Source: Pseudomonadota bacterium
GTDB lineage: Bacteria > Pseudomonadota > Alphaproteobacteria > UBA2136 > JAPKEQ01
Length of the DNA stretch: 64,000 nt
Assembly (NCBI GenBank): GCA_036141575.1
Contig: JAYZXF010000003.1
Span: 166,598 to 230,597, forward strand
Direction: 5' to 3'
Positions 38,701 to 46,400 of this stretch are shown here, piece by piece; within the stretch, counting starts at the first letter, position 1, and each line of letters begins with the position of its first letter. Under the pieces are notes generated by a model, which saw only the letters and a list, made by a program, of their open reading frames with translations, ran no database searches and was not told the origin of the DNA. The position numbers were made by a program, and so were the translations under genes.

Positions 38701-40243
38701 TGGTGCTATGCGCTTCCAGCCTGATGCAAACTGGAATGGTACTGAAACATTTAGCTACCGAATCTCTGATGGTAATGGGGGTGTAGACTCTGCACGCGTA
38801 ACTATTAATGTTAAACCAGTAAACGATGGCCCTGATGCGAAGAATGATAGCTTCACAATCAATGAAGACCAAACCCTTTACCTCAACGGTGGATCAAAGC
38901 TTCTTGCGAATGACCGTGATATTGATGGTGATAGTCTAAATATTACGCACATCAACGGTGTAAGACTGACTGGCGGCAACCAAAACATTGATGTAGGACG
39001 CGGTACAGTGGTTGTTGGCAGTGATGGCAGCATGCAGTTCCGTCCAGATCGTAACTGGAACGGCACAGAGACATTCACTTACAGAATCTCTGATGGCAAC
39101 GGCGGCAGTGATACAGCAACTGTAACAGTCAAAGTAAGACCAGTAAATGATGGTCCGAACGCACGTAACGACTCTGTATCTGTAAACGAGAACCAGTCTA
39201 TTGCGATTAGCGTTCTAAACAACGATACAGACCCTGATGGCGATGCATTACACATCACACGTATTGTAAGTGGTCCAAACTTTGGTAGCGCTTACGTATC
39301 AGGCGGACGTATCATTTACACAGCAGGCTCTGTAACATCAGATCGCACGGTTACTTTCAGATATGAAATCTCTGATGGTCACGGTGGTACTGATATTGCA
39401 ACCGTAACAGTAAACGTACGTAACACTTGGAACCCTGGCGGTGACGGCGGCGGTGACGGCGGCGGTGATTGCCCACTTATCATTGACCTAGACGGTGACG
39501 GCCTTGAGCTTATCGCTCTAGAAGACTCAAACGCTATGTTTGATGTTGATGGTGACGGACAAGCAGAGCACACAGCATGGGCTTCATCTGATGATGGTAT
39601 CCTTGCGATGGACTGGAACGGTGACGGCATCATTAATGATGTAACTGAAGTCTTTGGTAACAGCCTACAAGACGGTTTCACTGAGCTTATTGAGCTTGAT
39701 GACAACGGTGATGGCGTCATTAACCAAGATGACAGCCTGTTCTCTAGCCTACAAGTATGGCAGGACTACAACGGTGACGGTATCTCTGATGCTGGTGAGC
39801 TGAGCAGCCTTGCTGACCACGGTATCACGTCACTTGGTGCAGTTGGCAATGAAAACCCAATGGTGATCAACGGCCAAACAATTACGCACACAAGTAGTGT
39901 TGAGTACGCTGATGGAACATCACGTGACATCTACAGTGTATGGTTCCAGAACGAGAACACAAGTTCAAGTGACCATAACTACGATGAGATTGACCTTACA
40001 GGTGACTCTCTAGTTGGCTTCAGCGTATCACTTGACGATGTTCTGAGTACGGCTTCAAACACGCTTGTGATCTCTGGTGATGATGGTGATGCGGTGACAA
40101 CAACTGAGTTCACTGAACGTAACGATAACGTAACGATTGGTGACCAGACATACGCGTCATTCACAGACAGCAACCACACAGGAACAATCCTGATTGAGCT
40201 TGGCCTGACTGTAAACGGCGAGACAATGACAGACGTTGTTTAA
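32750..40243 (+). CDS. lapA: Giant LapA-like type I secreted repeat adhesin, 2497 aa
   Basis: Strong gaggagg RBS. N-terminal beta-rich region followed by the EPAAGPAAGAAGGAG tract. More than 20 tandem ~100-aa VCBS/cadherin-like repeats (..ANDTDPDGD.L....V..G.....DG.V.YTP..NYNGP....Y...DG.G..D.A...I.V.PVND.P). C-terminal Asp/Gly-rich Ca-binding region (GGDGGGDGGGD, DLDGDG, DVDGDG, DDNGDG) and a non-cleaved C-terminal secretion signal. Confidence 0.85.
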   Translation: MSTTQNQENQALETTETGTKLFAGLPEEQAAAQTKNVLTVSAPKGNSSEAYTVEPGDVIKLTGFNPSDATFKVDGNNLIISVEGQPDIYLLDFAKLQGTDAGNTTFIELTEGATVDANSLLAQLTPEATNGNGTQVAASDENINEIEPAAGPAAGAAGGAGFTPPPVANDSFSANTVNAEVIGDFLVDSEFGQADERLLETPNRAPDAVDDNGGNAEGDAHTVKEDAVPNTVSGNVLANDTDPDGDTLSVANPGTYTLNYGTLTINVDGTYTYALDNSNPTVNALDDGDTLTDSFTYRATDGQLQSPANLNIRILGTNDGPELNNDVDPNDNSLSIKEDAVPNFTSGNVLDNDVDPDGDVLTVVNPGTYTLNYGTLVINADGTYTYTLDNSNPTVDALDNGDTLSDSFTYEATDGDLNDTAVLTITIHGTNDAPALQDDVNSIFENATPDTVTGNVLANDTDVEGDAITVSNPGIYVLNYGTLTLNGDGSYSYQLDNSNPTVNNMKAGDSIQDAFIYRATDGKDSSTANLTITIHGTNDGPVANDDVAATDEDTPITIPASTILANDYELEGDTFNITAVNVRFGGGTAVLNADGSVTYTPLHNYNGPAQLEYTITDTDGLSDTAVIDINVISINDVPLAEDDSAVTHEDVPVRISNAEILRNDSDPEGDALTITTVRVVSGGGSAILQPNGDVVYTPALNYNGPAVLEYVVTDGNGDFDSAFINIDVLPVNDAISALDDYAETPEDTPITIPSDNILANDYDPEGDPLTITAVSVVSGGGSVTLNADGSVTYTPAPNYSGPAVLEYTVDDGNGSTDTALINITVTPENDPDAVDDFATTREDTTIVIPNATILANDVDDMGLALTITEVRLVSGGGSVTLLANGDVSYTPAPNYNGPVVLEYTIQDPNGNEDSANIYIAVTPVNDGPVAVDDFAVMNEDSVLVIPEGTLLANDTDPEGDPLTVTHVTVVSGGGTATVDASGNVTYVPALNYNGPVVLEYTINDGNGGTDTALVNIDVLPVNDAPVANDDAAATDEDTPITISNADILSNDFDVDGDVITITGVRMVTGQGTAVLNADGSVTYTPTANYHGPAEIEYTIEDEHGATDTAIIRVTVRSVNDGPQANDDAFTTPEDTAITMTSAQILSNDTDPEGDPLSITSVIVVSGGGTAVLNADGSVTYTPAADYNGPAVLEYVMTDGTASDSAFININVTPVNDAPDANDDSFTTAEDTALTIPAANILANDTDPDGDTLTITGVSVLSGGGTAVLNADGSVTYTPAADYHGPAVLEYSISDGNGGTDTARINITVTPENDPDAVDDFTSTNEDTTVIIPNATILANDVDDMGMTLTITNVRVVSGGGTVQLLANGDVSYTPAQGYNGSATLEYTITDPDGNTDSANIFVAINPVNDGPTAVNDVAVMNEDTVLVIPEGTLLANDSDPDGDPLNVTGVTVVSGGGTATIDSAGNVTYVPALNYNGPVVLEYSISDGNGGTDTALVNITVNPVNDDPNARNDNYTTAEDTSVGLDLLANDTDVDGDTLTITHIAGVALTGGAQSIDVGNGRVEIAANGSMRFHPDANWNGTETFNYQVSDGNGGTDTATVRVNVDARNDGPDARNDNYTTNEDTSVNLNLLANDTDPDGDTLTITHIDGVALTGNAQTIDVGNGRVIIASNGTMRFQPDASWNGTEAFSYQISDGNGGSDTATVRVTVRAVNDGPDARNDNYTTDEDVSVNLNLLANDTDPEGDTLRITHIDGTALTGNAQTIDVGNGRVIISSTGAMRFEPDANWNGIETFNYTITDGNGGTDTARVTVEVCAVNDGPDARNDNYTTDEDTAVNINLLANDTDIDGDTLRITHIAGTALTGGAQTIDVGNGRVIISSTGAMRFQPDNGWFGTETFNYRITDGNGGSDTATVRVVVREGNNGPDAKNDSYTTNEDTSVNLNLLANDTDPDGDTLRITHIEGVRLTGSAQTIDVGNGRVIITSAGAMRFQPDANWNGTETFSYRISDGNGGVDSARVTINVKPVNDGPDAKNDSFTINEDQTLYLNGGSKLLANDRDIDGDSLNITHINGVRLTGGNQNIDVGRGTVVVGSDGSMQFRPDRNWNGTETFTYRISDGNGGSDTATVTVKVRPVNDGPNARNDSVSVNENQSIAISVLNNDTDPDGDALHITRIVSGPNFGSAYVSGGRIIYTAGSVTSDRTVTFRYEISDGHGGTDIATVTVNVRNTWNPGGDGGGDGGGDCPLIIDLDGDGLELIALEDSNAMFDVDGDGQAEHTAWASSDDGILAMDWNGDGIINDVTEVFGNSLQDGFTELIELDDNGDGVINQDDSLFSSLQVWQDYNGDGISDAGELSSLADHGITSLGAVGNENPMVINGQTITHTSSVEYADGTSRDIYSVWFQNENTSSSDHNYDEIDLTGDSLVGFSVSLDDVLSTASNTLVISGDDGDAVTTTEFTERNDNVTIGDQTYASFTDSNHTGTILIELGLTVNGETMTDVV

Positions 40244-40255
40244 AATCAAAAACTT

Positions 40256-40284
40256 AAAGGGCCGCAAGAGCGGCCCTTTTTTTT
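40256..40284 (+). terminator. Rho-independent terminator after lapA
   Basis: aaagggccgcAAGAgcggcccttttttttt. Confidence 0.75.
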
Positions 40285-40316
40285 GTTCTACATCACCCTT
40301 TTCTATCAATCTTTTA

Positions 40317-40345
40317 TTGACATCAGCTCACCCTTTGTATACAAA
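40317..40345 (+). promoter_or_regulatory. Candidate sigma70-type promoter (TTGACA-N17-TACAAA) for the 40400 gene
   Basis: Near-consensus -35 element with a plausible -10 element, ~55 nt upstream of the ATG. Confidence 0.3.
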
Positions 40346-40399
40346 TAGACATCTTGTATCTTTACTCTCTTTTTTGACGTCTACACCTGGAGGATTCCT

Positions 40400-41389
40400 A
40401 TGACGACGCAAATTACCCCCATCCCTCAATGGGTTTTCAATGCAAAAATGCCAGACGGTTACGACCCAAAGGCCAACTTTTCCCAAATGCAAGCCACATG
40501 GGACAGCATCCCTCGTGAAAAAGGTGAGCTGGGTCAGCGTCTGCAAATCTACGTGATTGCGTATTTTATGGGCATCACAAAGATTGAAATCTACAACACA
40601 GACAGCCTGAACTACCTTGCAGACAAAGGCATTCTGGATAGCAAGCGCTATCAGCCAACCCCTGCAACGCAGAACTTTCTGTACCACATGGCCACTGAAC
40701 ATCCGGAAAACATTCCCAACAGTGTCTTTGACCTTGAGTTCTACAAAGAACAAAAGCCCAAAGTCGCGCGCTGGCTGGAAAAGAAAATTCGCCGCCACAA
40801 TGGCGAATACACCTCTTTGGAAAAGCTGGGCCAAGCCCTACTTGCCCTGCCTGGTGCAACGGTTCGCTTTGTGAAGGACCGTGTATCCATCACAGGCCAG
40901 TTTAAACTGCTCAAAAATGAGTCAGGCAAGCTGATTGGTGTGGAACACCCTGAAGTTAAGGTGGCCACACCTGAAATCAACACAAGTGAGAATGGCAAAA
41001 AGTCTCTCTCGTGGCCTACCTTGGATAAAGGTGACAACCTGCTAGCGCCTCCTCCTGAACCCACAGACATTCCCGAACCTGGTCCTGAATTTGGGCTAGA
41101 AGAAAAGAATGAGGGCAAGGAAGAAGCTCCCACTCAGGACCCTGAAGCCACGCCGCACGCTGACGACACCACTCCGGTGAAGGAAGAGCCTGAAGCGGAA
41201 AAGAAGTCTGGCGAAGAAGCTCCTCCGAAAACCAAGCGCAAGCCGCGCAAATCGGCAGCCAGCAAAAAAACTGCTGGGAAAGGCCCTAAACGCGGCCCTG
41301 ATGGACGTTTTCTCAAAAAAGAAGAAACTCCTCCTGAACACCACTTCCGCAGCACTGGAGGCGGCAGTGGCGGCGGAACAGGCTGCTAA
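40400..41389 (+). CDS. Hypothetical protein: ~200-aa globular N-domain plus an acidic-then-Lys/Pro-rich histone-like tail ending GGGSGGGTGC. CTG-rich codon usage is atypical for this window
   Basis: Good RBS ggagga. 329 aa. No signal peptide. Tail ...PPKTKRKPRKSAASKKTAGKGPKRG. Confidence 0.5.
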   Translation: MTTQITPIPQWVFNAKMPDGYDPKANFSQMQATWDSIPREKGELGQRLQIYVIAYFMGITKIEIYNTDSLNYLADKGILDSKRYQPTPATQNFLYHMATEHPENIPNSVFDLEFYKEQKPKVARWLEKKIRRHNGEYTSLEKLGQALLALPGATVRFVKDRVSITGQFKLLKNESGKLIGVEHPEVKVATPEINTSENGKKSLSWPTLDKGDNLLAPPPEPTDIPEPGPEFGLEEKNEGKEEAPTQDPEATPHADDTTPVKEEPEAEKKSGEEAPPKTKRKPRKSAASKKTAGKGPKRGPDGRFLKKEETPPEHHFRSTGGGSGGGTGC

Positions 41390-41407
41390 ACTAATCGACA
41401 AACTGAA

Positions 41408-41435
41408 AGAAGCCCCTTAACGGGGCTTCTTTTGT
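41408..41435 (+). terminator. Rho-independent terminator
   Basis: gaagccccTTAAcggggcttcttttg. Confidence 0.65.
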
Positions 41436-41576
41436 ATTTGTAATAGATTAAACTATAAAGGTTAATCCAGCATTAGCGAAAATGAATAGATTATGAGAAC
41501 CTGAGCGCAGTGTACTTATGGGTACATGAGCACAGGAAGCGCAATAAGCTAACATTTGCAGCAGAGCTGGGTTGAC

Positions 41577-42761
41577 CTACACAAGTTCAACAGCCATAGC
41601 AACAGCTTCACCACCACCAATACATAACGCAGCAATTCCGCGCTTTTTACCAGCAGCTTTTAGAGCATGCACAAGTGTTGTGAGAATACGCGCACCAGAA
41701 GCACCAATTGGGTGCCCAAGGGCCACAGCACCACCGTTGACATTTACCCTGTCATGCGGGATGCCTATTTCCTTCATAGCTGCCATAGTCACAACAGAAA
41801 ACGCCTCATTAATTTCAAACAAATCAAAATCTTTCACAGACATATTAAGGCTGGACATTAACTTCTGCATTGCCTGTACTGGTGCAGTTGTAAACCACTC
41901 AGGTTCATGGGCATGAGAGCTATATCCAAGCACTTTTGCCACTGGCTTCAGGCCATACTTTTCAAGGCCTTCAGAAGCACAAAGAACCGCCACTGCAGCA
42001 CCATCAGAGATTGAGCTGGCGTTTGCAGCGGTCACCGTACCATCTTTGTTAAAAGCAGGTCTCAGGCTTGGTATTTTTTCAGGCATTGCTTTGCTTGGCG
42101 CCTCATCTGTATCAACCACAGTGTCGCCCTTGCGGCCTTTAACTGTAACAGGAGCAATTTCCGCCTTAAATGCGCCGCCTTCAATAGCTTTTTTAGCACG
42201 ACTTAGAGATTCAAGCGCAAATGCATCTTGGTCTTCTCGTGTAAATTGATATTTTTCTGCTGTTTTATCAGCAAAGTGGCCCATAAGCGTACCTTCACTG
42301 TAAGCATCTGTTAGGCCATCAAGCATCATACTATCAATAACCTGTCCATGGCCCATACGCATACCACTACGCGCTTTAGGAAGCAGATACGGTGCATTTG
42401 TCATGCTTTCCATACCACCCGCAACAATTACATCACCGCGGCCAGCTTTGAGCGTGTCACAAGCCGTCATAAGAGCTTGAAGACCACTCCCACACATTTT
42501 ATTAAGCGTTGTACATGGCGTTGCTTGTGCAATACCTGCTCCAAGAGCAGCTTGGCGTGCAGGTGCTTGGCCTTGACCAGCCATAAGAACATTCCCCATA
42601 AACACCTCATCCACAGACTCTGGAGATACACCGCCTTTTTCAAGCGCAGCTTCAATTGCAACCGCACCAAGCTCTGCTGCAGTTACAGTGCTAAATGCGC
42701 CTTGCATACTGCCCATTGGCGTTCTGGCTGTACTTACAATGTAGATATCTGAAGTTGTCAT
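41577..42761 (-). CDS. Acetyl-CoA C-acetyltransferase (thiolase II, PhaA-like)
   Basis: Active-site Cys in LNKMCGSGLQA, C-terminal NVNGGAVALGHPIGASGAR and CIGGGEAVA. Length 394 aa. Confidence 0.9.
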   Translation of the reverse strand: MTTSDIYIVSTARTPMGSMQGAFSTVTAAELGAVAIEAALEKGGVSPESVDEVFMGNVLMAGQGQAPARQAALGAGIAQATPCTTLNKMCGSGLQALMTACDTLKAGRGDVIVAGGMESMTNAPYLLPKARSGMRMGHGQVIDSMMLDGLTDAYSEGTLMGHFADKTAEKYQFTREDQDAFALESLSRAKKAIEGGAFKAEIAPVTVKGRKGDTVVDTDEAPSKAMPEKIPSLRPAFNKDGTVTAANASSISDGAAVAVLCASEGLEKYGLKPVAKVLGYSSHAHEPEWFTTAPVQAMQKLMSSLNMSVKDFDLFEINEAFSVVTMAAMKEIGIPHDRVNVNGGAVALGHPIGASGARILTTLVHALKAAGKKRGIAALCIGGGEAVAMAVELV

Positions 42762-42846
42762 GAAGAACCCTTACATTTTTTAATTTTGCGCTATCCTATC
42801 ACACTTTGATCCCCTACTCTATAGAACCAGTAAAAGGAGAGAAAAG

Positions 42847-43326
42847 ATGTACAAGAAAGAATCCCCTAAACACTGCCTCACAATTGATGATTTAGAGATC
42901 GGACAAACCACCCGCCGTCCTTACACCATCACTTATGAAATGGTGGAAGCTTTTAGTAAGATTTGTGGAGACTGGAACCCTGTTCATCATGACCCCGAGT
43001 ACGCTGCGGAAACGATCTTTAAAGCACAGATTGCGCACGGGATGATTTCTGTCTCTCAATTCAGTGCTATTTTCGGCATGGAAAGCCCAGGCCTTGGAAC
43101 AGTCTATCTCTCTCAAAATATTGAATTTTTAAGGCCTGTCTATCTTGACAGCTCTTACACTGCAGTGGCCGAAGTGTCAGCTATATGTCAAGAATCAAAA
43201 ACTGTCACTTACCTGACGTGGTGTGAGGATTCTGAAGGAAACAAAATTATTGACGGTTCAGCGACAGTCAAGGCTATCCCGCAGAAAATAAAGCATAATT
43301 TAAATTTAGATAAATATTTAGGATAG
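42847..43326 (+). CDS. MaoC-like hotdog-fold dehydratase, (R)-specific enoyl-CoA hydratase (PhaJ)-like
   Basis: 159 aa with a hotdog/MaoC signature around ...HHDPEYA... Confidence 0.7.
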   Translation: MYKKESPKHCLTIDDLEIGQTTRRPYTITYEMVEAFSKICGDWNPVHHDPEYAAETIFKAQIAHGMISVSQFSAIFGMESPGLGTVYLSQNIEFLRPVYLDSSYTAVAEVSAICQESKTVTYLTWCEDSEGNKIIDGSATVKAIPQKIKHNLNLDKYLG

Positions 43327-43421
43327 TTTTGTCAGTTTGATGGCTTGAAAAGTCATGCTAAACTGCATAAAACCTAGGGTAGGTATAACGATTAAATAAG
43401 CATGATGTAAGGGAACCCGTT

Positions 43422-46400
43422 ATGGTCACAAAGACGCCAGACGATATTGTAATTGAGAGTAATGAGATCACGACAGAAGGCGAGACTGTCAATGTATCCT
43501 CTCAATCAGAATCTCCAAAGCAAGAAGAGAACGAAGAGATTGCAGCTCTAGAAGATGGAGCCCCTACTGAAGACATTGCAACGTTTGATGCATCTGAAAT
43601 CCAAGAAACTGCCTCCCTTAATGACGCCCTCCCTGGCGTTAACTTCATGCGTAAACTATACGGTACAGACTATACAAGTGACCCTACAGGTGCTCGTAGC
43701 TATTATTACGACTTTGCAAATGAAAGTGCTGGCGTTGGTGAAAGCCAGTTTTATCTATCGTTCTACAGTACATTTGATACATCATACTTTGGATTTACCG
43801 GCACATCTGGCGATGATGTGATTAACCGTATTACCGATGATCCACAATTTAGTGATATCCCTTACATCCTAAACGGTCTTGAAGGTAACGATAACATTAC
43901 CGGTTCTAACGCTGATAATATGCTGATTGGTGGCGCAGACGATGATATCCTGAACGGTAACGGTGGTGATGATGTCTTCTACTATGAAGGACATAACAAC
44001 GGTATTGATAACATTAATGGTGGTGTAGGTGAAGATGCCATCCTTGGTAGCTCTGGTGATGATACCATTGGTGTACAAACTCTTAATGATTCACGATCTA
44101 TTGAAGTTATTGATGGTGGTGACGGCATTGATACGATCCGTGGCGGCGATACAGGCACAGATAACTTTGACCTCCGTAATATAGAAGTTCGTAACATTGA
44201 GTTTTACGATCTAGGTGATGGCGGCACAGATACATTCTACGGTACATCTGACGCAGATACGATTCTCACTGGTTCTGGTACAAAACGTATTTTTGGTGAA
44301 GATGGTGACGATACTATTATTCTCAAGACCTCTCACACAAGTGGTGAAAGTAATGAGTATGATGGTGGCGCAGGCTTTGACCAAATCATTACACAAGACC
44401 CTACACAAAACTTTACTCTCCGCATGCGCGAGCTTCGCCCTGAAGATAGTATTGAAAGCATTGACCTTGGTTCTGGTACAAATGTTATTGAAGGCACGTC
44501 AGGCGGTAACCGTCTAGATTTCTCTACAACGGCTCTTAATGGTGTCAGCCTTATTGATGGCCTTGGCGGTTCGGATACGATTATTGGTACATCTGGCAAT
44601 GATGTAATTCGCGGTGGCGAAGGCTCGGATACTATGTCTGGTGGGGATGGTGATGATATCTTCCTTGTAGAAGGTATTGACCCAAGCACATCTGCACGTG
44701 ATGACTTTGATGGAGGTGCAGGTTTTGACCAAATTATTGGTACTGCGGGTAATGAACTTGTTCGTGTCCGCTTCCTAAATGCTGCGGATAGCATTGAAGT
44801 TCTTGATCTGGGTGCAGGTTATGACGTTCTAGAAACACGTGGTAGCAGTAATATTGACTTATCAGGTATGACAGTACTTGGCCTAGACTTTATTAATGGT
44901 GGTTCAAGCTCTGATAATATTACAGCCACGCAAGGCGATGACTTTATTCAAGGTAATGGTGGTAATGATACACTGAATGGTGCTGGCGGTGTCAACACGG
45001 CTGTCTTTAATGGTGTATTCACAGACTATGAAATCACAGATAACGGTGATGGTACATTTACTGTACTTGATCTCAACACAGCTGATGGTAATGATGGCCG
45101 CGATACACTGATTAACATTAACTACGCACAGTTCTCTAACTACACAGAGACACTGATCGCCCCTAACCTGCCTCCAGTAGCCGTAGATGACAACATCACG
45201 CTAGATGAAGACACTGAAGTTACGTTTAACCCAACGGGTAACGATACAGACCCGGGTGATACAATTACCCTTGTTGCAATTGATACACCTGTCAACGGTA
45301 ACCTGATTGACAATGGTGATGGTACATTCACATATGAGCCATTTAATAACTTCAACGGCTCAGAGTCGATTTCATACACAATTGAAGATGCTGCGGGCCA
45401 ACAAGCGACAGGTACGATTAACTTTAACGTCACACCTGTAAATGATGCCCCTGATGCACGCAACAACGGCACAACGATTAATGAAGATGAAACGGCTACG
45501 ATTGACGTTCTAGGTAACGATAGAGATGTAGATGGTGACACGCTTTCTATTGTGAGCTTTGACCAGCCTGCAAATGGTAGTGTTGTTCTAAACCCAGACG
45601 GTACATTTACATACACGCCAAGTGGTAACTATTTTGGTGTAGATAGCTTTGACTACACAATTACAGACGGAGAGTTCCAAGATACTGCCACTGTAAACAT
45701 TACAATTAATGCCGCCAATGATGCCCCAGATACAGTAGAAGATAACATTACTGTAGAAGAAGACAGTTTCATTACATTTGATGTACTGGCTAATGACAGC
45801 GATGTTGATGGCGATACGATTACACTTGAAAGCTTCACGCTTCCAACTGAGGGTACACTGGTACAAAACCCAGATGGTACATTTACGTACACCCCTGCCC
45901 CAGACTTTAACGGTACCGATAGTTTTACGTACACAGTAACGGATGGCACGGCCTCTCGCGTAGAAAATGTAAATATTACGGTTGATCCAGAAAACGATAC
46001 GCCAATTACACTGTCTGACTCTGCAACAACACAAGAAGATAACAGTGTTGTTATTGATGTTCTTGCCAATGACAGTGACCCTGACGGCGACGCGCTCACA
46101 GTTTCATCTGTGACAGATGGTGCCAACGGTACAGTTGCCATCAACCCAGAAGGTACGGTGACATACACACCAAATGCTGACTTCCACGGTAACGATAGCT
46201 TCACATACATTGCCAATGACGGTAATGGCGGTACAGTAACTGAAACAGTTACTGTACAAGTAAACCCAGAAAATGACGCGCCAGTCACTGTTGTTGATGA
46301 TATCAGCGTGAATGAAGATGAAAGCATCAATATCCAGGTTCTTCTGAACGATACAGATGTAGACGGAGACACGCTTTCAATTGATAGCTTTACGCAGCCT

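Noticed and set aside
33400-39400. Possible CRISPR array, suggested by the regular ~300-bp periodic repeats
   Set aside because: The repeats are in-frame ~100-aa protein domains inside one continuous 7.5-kb ORF with a strong RBS. There are no short direct repeats with unique spacers and no cas genes.
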